DNA from: Daphnia carinata
Taxonomy: Eukaryota
Length of the DNA stretch: 64,000 bases
NCBI RefSeq assembly: GCF_022539665.2
Contig: NC_081332.1
Coordinates: 6,944,001-7,008,000 of the forward strand
Reading direction: 5' to 3'
The first letter of the stretch is position 1, and each line of letters begins with the position of its first letter. The notes beneath the pieces are model-generated. The model was given only the letters and a program-made list of their open reading frames with translations, was not told where the DNA came from and did not search any database. This document shows, piece after piece, positions 48,930-61,207 of the stretch. The translations under genes and the position numbers were made by a program.

Positions 48930-51438
48930 TTACTGCATTGGACGGTGGTTCGGGTTGTTGATACATGCCATATCCGTCCAACATTCTCGCGCAATGTGTA
49001 CTCTTTTATTGCACTTGTGGCAGATAATAATTCTATTTCCTAGGTTGTCAGTGGTGTTTGGTTGATTTTGTCGTGGCTGTGGGTATTGATGAGTATAGGA
49101 TGGGTTTTGATGATACACCTGTTGATTGCTATGCGGTTGAAAGTTCGGTCGATTGTAGTGTATCGGTCTGTTGTTGTACGGAGGTCTCTGGTGTGTTTGT
49201 TGGTAAGTTGGGTAATTAGGTTGCCTATACCCTGTGGAGGTACCTTCTCTTCTTGGTGAAGTATAGTTGGTGCGGTATGGGCTGTTATCTCTGCTTCGAT
49301 TGAAGTTTTGGTCACTAATGGAGCCTCTGCTATTCGGTCTATCGTGAAATCGGACTCGCGGATTTTGTGGTCTGGAGTATCGATCACTTGATCGCGAAGA
49401 AGATCTTTGTTCGTACTGATCTGCGGCTGCTATGGTTATATCGGTATCCTGTGACAATTCACGATTTTTATTAGTATTTTCCAGTTCACGTATTTTTTAT
49501 TTTAGGAATTCGATTTCTGTCTTTTGTTGTGAAAGTTCGTTATCTTGTTGTTTCTCGTGATGCGTTATCCCTGCGATTACCGCTTTTATTTCTTTCCCTT
49601 CTGCAGTCTCCTTGCTATATAGGATGCCTTCGGATATGATAAGTTGTTTACATAACTGATCAAAATCTTTGGGGTCTTCGGGCATTCTGAAATAGAGTTC
49701 AGCTCTGAATTTTGGTAAAATGCCCTTGCATCAGAATTTTGATTTTGGTATAGTCTCTCATTCTTTTTACTGTGTTTATGAGTCGGCCTTCGACGATGGT
49801 CTGATTTTTCTTCTTTGCCTTCAATGGACTCGTAGAGGCTGTTGATTCTTTAAATAAAGGCTTTGCATTTCTCTTCAGGTTTTTGTCTTAGCGTAGATAA
49901 CTTTTTTCTTTGTGCTGCTAAGTCGTATGCATCTTGGAATCTTACAATAATGGCAGTTTTCCATTCGTCAAAACCTAACTCGTCACCTTGCCCTTCTACG
50001 TAGTTTCCAAGCCATTCTAGGGCATCGCCTTTAAGTCTGTCGGAGAAGAATCGTATTTTTTGGTTGTCATCCCAGTCGTTGTTGCGTGCTACATGTTCTG
50101 CGTCCTTTAGCCATTCTTTTATTAATTTATCAGTACTTTTCCCTTTGAAAATTGGAATTGACTTTTTGTCTTCTCTCGAAAATAATTCTCCTAATGCTTT
50201 CACAATCGGTTGGGTTGTGGATGTATCGATGCTATCGCTATCCGTTGTGTCGCGGTCAATTCTCGAAGTTTCTTTGTGTGAAAGTTCACATTTTGACTTT
50301 TTCTTTGAGAGTCTGATACTTTTGTTTTAGTTGAAGGAGGTTATCGTTTTGGATCTCGATTTGGTTTTTTAGGTCGTCGTTAAGTTGTTGTAGCTTTTCG
50401 ACTTGTTCTGATTCTAGCTCGAAGTGAAGGGATTTGTCTCCTTCTGTTATTGAGTTTAGGTCGTTTATCTCACTCACTAGTTTCGTTATTTCTCCTGGTT
50501 CGTTGTAGGCGTCGAAGTCTTCGACTTCGGCGAATGTTACCTGTTGCTTTCTATATTCTTTTATTCTATTCTCCAGATACGAAATTTTTTCTTTTCGGTT
50601 TCCTGCCTGTATATTGGACTTTTGTAATTCCGTTTCGAGATTTTTATTCTTTGTAGTACTATCTATCAGACTTCTTCGTAAACCTGCTTTTTCTGCTAAG
50701 GTTTTTTCAAGGATCTCTTTTGTTTCTTTTGTTTCTCTCTGAAGTTGTTTGTTTGCTTCTAAAGCTGCTTTTATCCGTTGTTCGGCGTCTTCTAACCTCG
50801 TAACCAGTTGTTTTCTTTCAACTTCAAGTTTGCTAATTATTTCTTGCCCTTCTCTCTCAACAGCTATATTGTTTTCGTCCTTTTTTCGTAAAAGGTTTTG
50901 GTTCTCTGTTGCTGTGGCAGTTTCAAGGTTGGTTTCTAATTCGCTGATTCGATTGGCATACTTTTCAAGGGCGTTTTTGAGTGCTTCATTACTTTCTTGG
51001 AGTTGCTCAAGGGAACTACTTAGGGTGTATTTGGAACTGTTTGCCTTTTTCTTGTTGCTATCTAGCTGTTTTCGTATACCTTGTAACTCGTAGTTTAAGT
51101 CAGATGAATATTTCTTGTCAGCTATCTGCGCAAGTATTACTTCTTTTTGGAGGACTCTGATTGTACCGAATAGGAATTCTTTTTCTTTACCATGAACAAT
51201 GCTAATCTGTTGCAATATACTGTAAAGGTTTTCAGTGTTGCCACCGAGGGATTCTACGTGATTTTTAAATGGCTTTGTGGTGTTTGTAATAGTTTCTGCT
51301 GTTATACCACTTGGTGCTTGCAACGTTTGTTCTAACTATGAATATAATTGCAATGCGTTGTGTGTCTCTTTGCTAACTTCTTGTTTCTTAGATTCTATTT
51401 GTTGTATATGTGCTTTTGTCGTAATGGTCTGATGGCAT
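48930..51438 (-). pseudogene. Gag of the A/B family: long N-terminal coiled coil, capsid-like domain, Arg/Gln-rich linker, degenerate Zn knuckle
   Basis: ORFs 50286-51323 (heptad-rich), 49850-50203 (PIFKG..EWL..AE..ARNNDW..LKGDALEW) and 48930-49457 (CHKCNKRVHIAREC). Confidence 0.88.
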
Positions 51439-51440
51439 TC

Positions 51441-51449
51441 GCTTACCTT
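51441..51449 (-). promoter_or_regulatory. Putative leader 5' splice donor (AAG|GTAAGC) for a subgenomic env mRNA
   Basis: Consensus donor just upstream of the gag ATG (51438). Pairs with the polypyrimidine-CAG acceptors directly before the env ATG at 46255 (B) and 36152 (A). Confidence 0.6.
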
Positions 51450-51582
51450 TTGATGGTGTTCCTTGGTCTGGTAGAGCTGTTGGAGACTCGTCGGGGAAAT
51501 GTAGAGCACAATCACTGAAATAATTTACGGGTAAGAAACTTTGTACTGGACAACAAGTGTGAGTCTCGTTGGGACAACTAAT

Positions 51583-51785
51583 TGTAAAGTTTCCAAATCC
51601 CGTGTATTTGCAGTGAGTTGCAGAAACAACTCCGCCTTACATGTTACAATCATGCAGTATTTATACTACTAAAGGATACAGATATTGAAGGTAAAGTAGG
51701 AGGAGATACGTTCACTTTCACTTGTGAAACGCTTGAGGGACGTATGAGGTGTGGCTTCCTCTGGATAGCCTTTGGGCTCGTTACA
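51583..51785 (-). repeat. 5' LTR of the A/B compound
   Basis: 203 bp, TGTAAAG...CGTTACA, about 95% identical to 21305-21507 by eye. Confidence 0.95.
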
Positions 51786-53050
51786 CCTTCTTTCTTCCTC
51801 CAAAAAGTTTCCCTACCTTACCTAATTTATCTCTCTATTTTCCTCCACCTCTAAATCCTTATTTTCCTGGAGCGGTCTGTTGTACGGTTACGAACTTGAG
51901 TTTAGCAAAGTTGTCCTTCCACCTTCAGCGGTAGGGTCCCCTCTACCCGCACAAGCTTGTTGTCAACGCCTCTAAGTTTATTTTTCGGTGCCTTTCGATG
52001 AGGGTCAAAAAATTTTGAACGAGGCTTACCCGTACAGCACCACATTACCACCGAGTCGACAAATGTGGTGATCTCTTTACGTTTACTACCCAGACCTGGA
52101 TAAGGGGCAAGGCTGGCCGCCTTTCAAACAAAATAAATCCTTTTAGAGGCGCCGATGTCCCCATCGTTTTTTGCCGGACAATCCCTAGCTATAATATGAC
52201 CTCGTCGATTGTATGAATAGCACAAATTTTGTGGGGAACCTCTCAGTTTAAATCCACCACCCATCCGCGGAGCACTTTGTCCTTGATTAACTGCCATCCG
52301 TGACACCGAAGACGAAATTTGGTTGGCCAAGCGGTCTCCCAGATTTTGAAAGAGTCCTGCGTTGCTGGAGCAGCGACATTTTTCGGAGGGGCTGTGAAGA
52401 CAGGGGGCGTCGTTTGTACAATTGGCGTAAGTGTAGACGCGGCTACACTTAGCAGTGGAGGCGTCAACCCAAGTTGTGCTTTTCCTCCGCCCAACCCTCT
52501 AACCCAGCTACATACTCAATAAGCCCTTGCACATCCCCAACCGTAGAAGAAGCGTGGTATGGAGCTGACAGCGATCGGCGAAGAACGGACTGTCTGCGCA
52601 GCTGACTAAGCGGCAGCAAGTGCTTGAATAGCCTCGTTTTTTGTTGTTGTTGTTTGTTAATAATTCCGAGATATGTGATTCAGCCTCCCCGAGTTAGGCC
52701 ACTTGATTCTGTTTCACCGCTGCTACTGCTTCAGCAAACCTACTCAGCGCCAGAACCAGCTCGGCGCTGTCTGCATATCTGAGGGTACGGTTGTTTCTCC
52801 CGCAAAGACAAACACCAACTTGGGACAGTTCGTTTTTGTCGCTGGACGAACAATACGAGCTCTTGCTGTTGGATGGTGAACCTTTCCCCTCTGGTTCCGA
52901 AGGTAATACTGTGATTCGAAGCCAAAAAAGGGATCTGTGACGTCAGGATCCAAATCCGACATGCAGAACCAGTAATAACCGAAAATACGAAAATGAAGGA
53001 AAAAAACAAGAGGCAAAACAAAAAAAAAACGGAAAAAAGATGCTAAATGC
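51786..53050 (-). pseudogene. Remainder of element D: degraded gag and protease
   Basis: Degenerate knuckle CYSYNRRGHIIARDC and a protease-like VDS site. Collinear with the D pol to the left of 21305. Confidence 0.65.
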
Positions 53051-54699
53051 AACTAAGGTCACGACCAAAAAAATATTCTATACGGAGAATAACAAAACTC
53101 CACCAAAAAAACCGCCGTCAAAACCCAAGAAAGTGAAAAAATCGACAATGGTCTCTTAGCACAATGCGAAAACAAAATCCTTTCCTTGCCGAGCGAGAAA
53201 AAATATGAAAGAAAAAACCCTTCCACTCCGCCAATACGATCGCTCAAAAGAATACAGAAATAAGAATATCACGCGTGACTAAAAAAATGTGTGGAGCGTC
53301 GAAAAATAAAAGAAAGAGAAAAAAAGAAACGATTGCAAAAGACAAAGGAGGGAGGGATAATAGAGCGCATAAAAAAGAATAAATTCAAGTTCAATGCAAA
53401 TAAAAAAAATAGTTGGAAATTGAATGTTTAGTAGCCTAGGGCTATAGGTGAGGAAGGGGTTAAACTACCCGCCCCGATATCCTACCCTTGGGCAAAGACC
53501 TCGCGTGGGGTTGTAATCAACTCCCAGACAGCATTCTCAAGGAGCAAACCGCGACGAACCGCGACTGGCGACGTCAAGGTAAGCCGAAATTTTGCGAGTT
53601 TGATCGAACATCGGATATCGTGCAGCTCCCAGAGATATGACGGCAAACAGGCGTGTTTCTCAAAGCTGGTTTTAAGCTTTTCTATTTTGATAAACATCGT
53701 CTGCTGGTTAGCATGTACAGCAACATCCAGAAAAAAGGCACCCCCTTCCCCCCCCCCCTACGGTCGCCGAAAATCTAACAATATATCGTTAGCGCTAGAT
53801 GGCATTTTTTTGGCAGCATATAACTAAAAATAATCATACGATTTCTTTTGGCTCGACGACAAAATTCGAGACCGTTGCGAAGTTTTTTTGCTGCGAGCAA
53901 ATTAAAGAAAACGAACCAAATTAAGAAATTTTGAGCAGCACCAATTGTCTGAATCGTAGCCTTTTCCCCGCTTCACTTTTTTTCTCAATTTTCCGTTGTC
54001 GTATTTTTGCTTGCAGCAAATATTAGAAAAACTTCTTGGTCACAGGCGATTTGAGTTCTCTTCAAAGAAATTCAATGAATGTCTCATCTTTGTTTTTTTC
54101 AATCTTACTTTGACCAAATATCTGTCTTTATAGATTGCGAAACGCAAATTTTCGCCCGGGAGGCTATGCAAGGAACCATCAGCCATATTCGTTACATTCA
54201 TCTCTTCTTTCCCACGCTTGCAACCCTTTTTCCTTCTTCCGCCAACAGGTCATCTGCCGATAACTCTGGCCTTCAACGTTCCTTCTACTTGGCCTTCAAA
54301 CTTGTCAAATCTTCATATAGGTGTTACACTCACACGCAGAATATCAATTCCGTTTTGGGACACCCAAATAATCCGAAACGACCTTGCTCCTTCGTAGAAA
54401 TGTTGCCCTTTTTTCAGATGGCAGTCAGTCTTCAGTAAGTCTTCAGCCAGTTCCATTGCAGTCGTCATCACAGTCAGTCTCCTTTCAGAGTTACAGTCAC
54501 AGTAAGTCTCATATCGTCAACTGTTAACTTGATCTTTGTAAACACATTAACCACTGTGCAAGAATAAAGCTCACCATCACACTATACCACTATTCCCGTT
54601 ATTCAATATTTAAAAGTAAGGAAACATTTCCCATCCTTACAATAATGACTGTATGCAGAAGCTAATTTAGAAAATTACCAAGATTCTTTAAACAATATT

Positions 54700-55114
54700 T
54701 CGTTATTACAGGAAGTTAAATATATTAAAAATTCGAAAATAGTTTTTTACATTATGCTAAAAATTACATCGAAATACGTATCCAAGATTTTGAGATATTT
54801 TAATTTTAGTTTCTTCATAAAAATGGGAGCTTTCTTATTCGAAAATTCACGTTTCAAATGCCCCGACGCCCTGCTTCAATTGCCCAGAATGATTGGCAAT
54901 TGAAACATTTGAAGTATTTTCGGTTTTTTTACCTTTTAACATCTGTTCAAAAATTTCCGAACCCCCCCCCCCCCAAAAAAAAAAAAACAAAAAAACATGT
55001 CTGGATCTTGATAACTAGCTCCAGAACTATATATTTTTTTAACTTAGTTTGACAATTGTCTTACTCGGCGGCAACAAAAATTATTTTTGTGTTCCAACCA
55101 CTACCTCTCTCCCA
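54700..55114 (-). mobile_element. Diverged terminal fragment related to the 8711-10015 MITE family
   Basis: The reverse complement reads TA|TGGGAGAGAGGTAGTGGTTGGAACACAAAAATAATTTTTGTT..., aligning to 8711 onward, including the CAATTG repeats. Confidence 0.75.
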
Positions 55115-55602
55115 TAGTCGATGCGAAATATTCTTCGAAATCTTGGGTACGTTTTTTTTTCTTTTGCATTTCTTGATTTTTTTTTTCAACGATGTTAGAT
55201 TTTGGGATATACGTGAATGTCAATTGCTGGTATTCAAGACTTTAACCCAATTTTTAAATTGTTTTGTACCCTGCAGTAGAAAAACATGAAAATTAGAAAA
55301 ATAAATTGTCATGATGGCAGAAATCACAAACGGAAAAGTGTTTACTGTGGCTAGCAATTGACAACTTATTTATTAGTATCAGAATTACAGATTAATTTTA
55401 TCTTACGACAATACTAAGAAGTTAAGATATCCCACAGGTTGGTAATGTAGCCGATGTTTAGCAACATGCGTTTCAAGAGGGATTGTACTGGGCCGTGCTG
55501 TAGCGACGTTCTTCAATTGGTTTCTACTCCGACAGTCTACTTTCACTTCTACTGGTTCAAAGAAAACTAAAATGTTGAACTGTATCACAAGAAGAGGGTA
55601 GA

Positions 55603-58600
55603 CAGACTTGCCGTGCGATCAATTTCGTGACGATGAGTTTGAGTTCGATCAAACTTATCTTCGCGATTAATTTCCTGCGCCATATATCGGTCAATAAAAT
55701 AAACATGATTAAAATTGGTACAGATATTTGTTCTTTGAGCTTTAATTTAAGACTTAAGCCGTTTTCTTTTGTTAATTTTCTTATTTTTACTGATATCGAA
55801 CAAGCCAAAAGCATTAATTCGACACACAAATAATTGATTAACTCTTACAACCATTTATTGATTTTAGTCATTTTACCAATTATTTAGCATTTGGTTGTTA
55901 ATTTTTAAAAAAAGTAACATTTCAAAATGTTTGTCAGTAAGTTGATATCTCTTCGCGGTAAAAATTAGTCCAGCTTGACTAAAAAGTCTCTCGACTGCGG
56001 CGGAAGAGGGCAAAGTCACGTTATATCGTCTAAAAAAATTACATTAGTGATGAATTACGTATAATGACAATACACATAGAATGTCGGCACGGCACTTACT
56101 TATACATTTTCATGATGGTTGGATAATTTGGTAGGTCATCTAGATTTCCACACATCTTAAGGAATGTCTCTACTTTATCAATTACCTTTGACTTTTCATT
56201 TCGTTTAGTAATTGAGGCACACAAATCCTTCGCGCGTCTCTGTTTTTTCTCCGGACTGGGATCTGATATTGAAAAAGAGGTCCCGTCACTTGAATCATCC
56301 GAACTATAAAGAACGAACAAATGTAATGAAATAAAATTTGCGTCAGAATTATTACTCTTTAACTGTAAGTTATAATTTACGATTCGGACTCGTTGTTTAG
56401 TCCCTGAAACCGGACAAATTCTCCTCTGAGCAAAGTTTTTGCGCGACGAACATCGTCTTCATTATCCAACCATGAGAGCTTAAAAAATGGGTTGGTAATC
56501 GTAGCCAAACGTAGCTCATTCTCTGAGAACATGTGTTCAAATCTAGAATTATTGCAAAAATATCTTATTGATCTATTCAACTATTTTAAACTCGGAATTG
56601 AGAAAAAAAACAAAAAATATTACCTCTCATAGATAGCGTCAAGCAGTCCAGTGATTAGTGATTGACATTTAATAATCGACGCATTGTCTTGTAGCAAAGC
56701 CAGTTTTTTTTTAAAACAGAAATTGTTGGAAGTAGGAACCCCAAGCCGATATTCTTCTCGCCTTGCAACACGTCTAACGCATCAGTGATATATCGCATTA
56801 TCTTCGTGTATTCCTTCAGGAACTGCTCCTCGTTAGGCGTGAAAGGAGTTAAACGAAGCTCTTCAAAAAGTTTCCTCATTTCACGACTCTTCGTTCTCAA
56901 TAATCGGACAATGCAGCGTATAGCGTAATACTCTGAATTCCATCTTGTTTCGTTTTTTTGAATGAAAAGTTGTCCAATTAGTTCCATTATGAGGTCCGAA
57001 TTCAGGGAACTTAATGTTTGTTTATTCAGCAACAGTTGAATTTTTACAAGCGTCGAATTTCTCGATTCTTGAAATGTGTGATCTTGAATCTTTGATATAT
57101 CAGCCTTCGCTATCAAACTCAGCAGATGACAGGCACATTTTCGGTGCATAGGTAGAGTGGGATTCACATTGTTAGCGAAAAAGTCTTGTGTGATTCTATC
57201 GTCAATAATTTCACCAATTTCGAAGTATAACATGTCTTCTTCGTCAGATTGTTCAAAGTCATCATCATCATAATTGGGCACATCAGATGCATTCCCACTC
57301 TCCCGAAACGCCTTTAAAAAATTTGAACCGTTGTCAGTTGTTGCCCCTCGCAGCTTGTCAACAACTTCATATTCCTTGTGGAGATCTTCAATCATTTTTG
57401 TCAGCACGTCATACGTATGGCGCCCTTTGATCCGTCGTATGGCAAGACAGGGACTTCTTCGTTTTAAGGATTGAACGTCAAACCAATGAATCGTCTCACC
57501 GAGATACGATTTCCTTCTACTAGTCCATGCGTCTATAGTCGTTGCTGCATCTGTAGATTTGCTAAGAGCATCAATCAGCTGTAACCTTCTTTCATTGTAT
57601 ATAGTCTCCAGTCTGTTTGTAAAAAACGTTCGTCCGTGTAAAACTAGATTCGGGGCCATACTATTAACTAGTTGTTTGAAACCAGGTTTCTCGACGGTAT
57701 AAATTGGTAAGACGTCAACAACGAGGAAATTCTAAAAAGAAATATCAACATTTATGAAAGAAATACATTAAATAGTCTAAATGAAATGAATTAATTAACA
57801 ACACCCAACTATCAAGATCTTCTTGTGTAATTATCGCACGTCTATTTACTGAAATAGGTGTGTTATTGAGGCTTGTTGGATTATCCAGATGTTTTACAGC
57901 ATCTTCCCAAAGTTTAAGATGTCCAAGCTCCTTATTGGAATCATGATTCTAGAAGGGTATTATAAAAAGTTATCGTGTTAGTCTGACATGCAAGAATATA
58001 TATTTAAAAGATATGTAAGAAAATACCAACAACCAAGAAATGCCTTTTGGCATTGTATCGAGAAGAATGAGGCACCACAAGTGGTTTTTCAGAACCATCC
58101 CTTTTCTTTTTTGGGACGCAGCCAGGATATAAACAACGATATAGACTGACATTTTTGCCAGGCACTTCCCCTACATATGTCAAGAATTCTGCAGGTAAAA
58201 CCAGTTTCTTTAAAGGAATTACAGTGCTGCTACAAAAATACAAACAAAAAGTTAATCACACACAATACATTTGATAGTTAGATAAGAAATTGTTACCTAG
58301 CATTGGGTTGCGATACATGATTCGTATTTGGACATGCATTCTCATCACCAAAATCTTCATTATCGGACAGCCCCGACATAGTTATTGTTGCACTGCTTCA
58401 CTTTACAATACTATAATTGGAATATAAATACAATAATGAAATTTATGAAACTAATCTGACACTACTGACAGTACTTTTCAAAAAACGTTGACAGTTTGAC
58501 TAGTGCACCACTTAAGTAGTAACATTCTTGGCACTTAACTATATTTACTATCACTAGATGGTGTGCAGTAAGAAATATTGATTGCAAAGTTGAGTTTGAG

Positions 58601-58723
58601 TTCGATCAAAAATTTTGAGTTTGATCGCGATCAAACTCATTCTTAAATGAGTTGAGCGATCAATCAATTTTTGAGTTTGAGTTTGATCTCGATCAAAAAT
58701 TGAGTTCGATCACGGCAACTCTG
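55603..58723 (-). mobile_element. hAT (Tol2/Ac-like) DNA transposon, ~3.1 kb
   Basis: TIRs CAGACTTGCCGTG / CACGGCAACTCTG, subterminal GAGTTTGAGTTCGATC repeats, and GGTAGA on both flanks. Confidence 0.9.
55870..58380 (-). pseudogene. Multi-exon hAT transposase (about 7 exons), frameshift at the T-run near 56705
   Basis: BED-like YRCLYPGC..NAKRH; TTIDAWTS..SYLGETIHW; TTDNGSNFLKAF; CACHLL; ETRWNS; dimerisation motif LPSSAAVERLFSQAG. Short GT-AG introns. Confidence 0.88.
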
Positions 58724-60160
58724 GGTAGAAGTCTGGAGGAGTTTCTATTTTTTGGGCTGTTATGGTGGTAGGCCATCAAATCGAAACCAGAAATTCGGTT
58801 TGTTCTTTTAATTGTTTTAACTAACCTGTGTGTTTTTAATTGCCAAAAAATTTACAGCGGCGCGTGCCGTTGTGTTTTGTTTGATGGCGTTGCCTTTATG
58901 TATTGGCGAGTAGCTTTTACTAAACAAGTTGCTGATCCGTATTGTCGGGAAATAAAGTATCAGAGCTATGAAACCGTGTAACAACATATTATAGCTAGTC
59001 GAAATTCTTGGGCCAAAAGAAATGTATTTATACAGTATATGGTAACTCGAAAAGAGTTTTAAAAACTCAGAATTACGCTTCCGCCCAATTTTTTATCTTT
59101 GGTACACGGAATATTTATAAAGACCCCAAGTGTGTCATGTTTTAAACTATAAGAAAGCTAATTGAAATCTCTTAATAAATTCTTTTACTTCTTTCTTTTC
59201 TACTCCTCAGCCGTTCAACTACGCAATGGAGACAAAATAGCCTTCTGTCTGTAAAACCCCTACAGCTGTTAACATAATTTTATTTTCACGCAGCGTAAGC
59301 ACAATTCCACTTGCTGATAAAGTTCCCCAATAATTGTGAAATACCAAGTACTAAGGAGATCCTACTGAAAACTTCCGGTGGAATTTGAATAACAACAAAA
59401 ATTAATGGGTGCGCCGCAAACATAGTGATATTCCGTGGGGTTATTAGGATGTTTTCAATTTTTTAGGTAGGAATCATACACACACAAAAAACGAGTTATA
59501 CGAGAAAAATTAACGGTTTAAGACATTCCACTTTTCAGTTCAAATATGAATTGACCAAAAGGTTTCTAAAAATTTTGGCTACGAGTTTTTGCTTGACATT
59601 TCAAATTATAGCTTTATTTAAATCATTGTACTAGGTCAAGAACAAATTTGGTTAGGAGAATATTTTGGAATACAATAGAAAGAAGGACCACGAATATTAC
59701 CGAAAGAGCATTTCCTTATAATGGGAGATATTTTGTAAAGTGTTTTAGAGTAATCTTTGTCTAAATGAATCGTTCTGGGCATCGGTCTTTAATTATTATT
59801 ATCTAACGTCTCTGCGGAATGCTCATAGTGCATTTAATATATATTTTTTTCACGCTTCACATAACAGTCTCTCTTTCCGGTGATCGTAGGGTATCTAGAT
59901 ATAACCGTAGCCGTTTGAGCCAAGCACATTTTGCGTTATCGTACAAGGCGCTGCTAGAACGGACGCTCGCTCTGAATTCGTGTATCAGCTTCTCGTCTTG
60001 AACTAGCTCCAATTCTAAATTTAGATATAAAAGAAAGTTTTAGTAATTTCAAAAATAGGTAGCTGTTTGGATCAGTTGAAAAACTCTACTCGAAGCACGC
60101 GCATTCGCATGCTGTAGTTTGCACAAGAATTTTCGTCAAAGAAATTTAATAAAAATTGAG

Positions 60161-61207
60161 ATGGCTGGTTCTTTGATAGCATCTTGTTTGTTAATTGCAG
60201 CTTGCTGTTTATTTTCTCAGCTCATTCGTGTGATTGTTGACAAAAACGTTTCGACACCTTTGTCGAAGCTTCTATTCCTGGAATTCGTTGCTTCCGCTGA
60301 GCTTTGTGCTGCCTGCTTCGAGTTGATTGTGGGTAAATGAAACACAGTTCAAGGTTGTACAAAGATAACATAGTTTTTCGTTGCTACGATAAAAGTTGCG
60401 GAAGAATACGGCATTTGGGTGTACGCCGTGATATTATTTCTTCTTACTCTGTGGTGGGCCGCACATTGGGGTGATTCAGCTGCTTGTCCTTACATTCATC
60501 TTGAAGCATACCTCGATGGTTCTATCAGTTTTAGCCATGCTTTTCTTGTTTCCTTGGCAGAAATAGCGGGGGGCCTGGCTATATACAGGTATCTAGGTTT
60601 AAAAGTACGAGTTCATTAATTGGTTAATTCACATAATTTTTTTTTAATTTGCTTTAGGTACGTTCAATATACTTGGGATTTGCAATTATCGGTACACAAC
60701 AAATCGGTCTGGGATTGCGACGCTGATCTACACGTAATATCTGTTTTGTTATTAGTGCTTAGGTTAACGTCAGCTATTGATACGAATCACAGGTGTCTGC
60801 ATTTCACGGAGCATTGGTCGAAGGTGTCGCGACTTTTCTGTGTAGGATCGTATCAAGGACTATTGCTGAGCTCGAACCACGTTTTGGAACTGCTCTTGAT
60901 GCCTTCGTTGGTACTTCCTTAGTTGTTGCAGGTAACCAAGCACGAAAAACCTGTGCCAAGTAGGCCTAATCAGAGCAAATGCTGAAATATAATATTTCTT
61001 CTTGTAGCCTGTGACTATTCTGGCGGATATTTCAACCCAGTATTGGCAACATCTCTCAAACTGAACTGTCGCGGAAATACTTTTGCAGAGCATTTTATCG
61101 TCTATTGGATTGGCTCGATCGCTGGATCTTTCCTTTCGTGGTGGACCTATCCTATCGTTCAAGGAAGTCTATTTCCCAGACAAGCAATAAATAAAAAATA
61201 TCAATAG
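60161..61207 (+). CDS. Unorthodox aquaporin (AQP11/12-like superaquaporin); exons 60161-60332, 60396-60588, 60658-60733, 60793-60931, 61008-61207
   Basis: Spliced product has EF..SAELCAACFEL, WGDSAACPY (first NPA replaced), EGVATFLCR, SGGYFNPVLATSL and VYWIG. All introns are GT-AG and keep the frame. Confidence 0.92.

Larger units (their letters stand above)
21305..51785 (-). mobile_element. Three-LTR compound of two related env-bearing Gypsy (retrovirus-like) elements A and B, inserted in element D
   Basis: 203-bp LTRs at 21305, 40170 and 51583. Duplicated pol/env blocks. The flanks (cctc / cctt) join the protease-RT linker of element D. Confidence 0.88.

Noticed and set aside
51555..51582. 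tRNA primer-binding site for the A/B family
   Set aside because: The sequence next to the 5' LTR (attagttgtcccaacgagac) lacks a clean TGG start, so no tRNA could be assigned.
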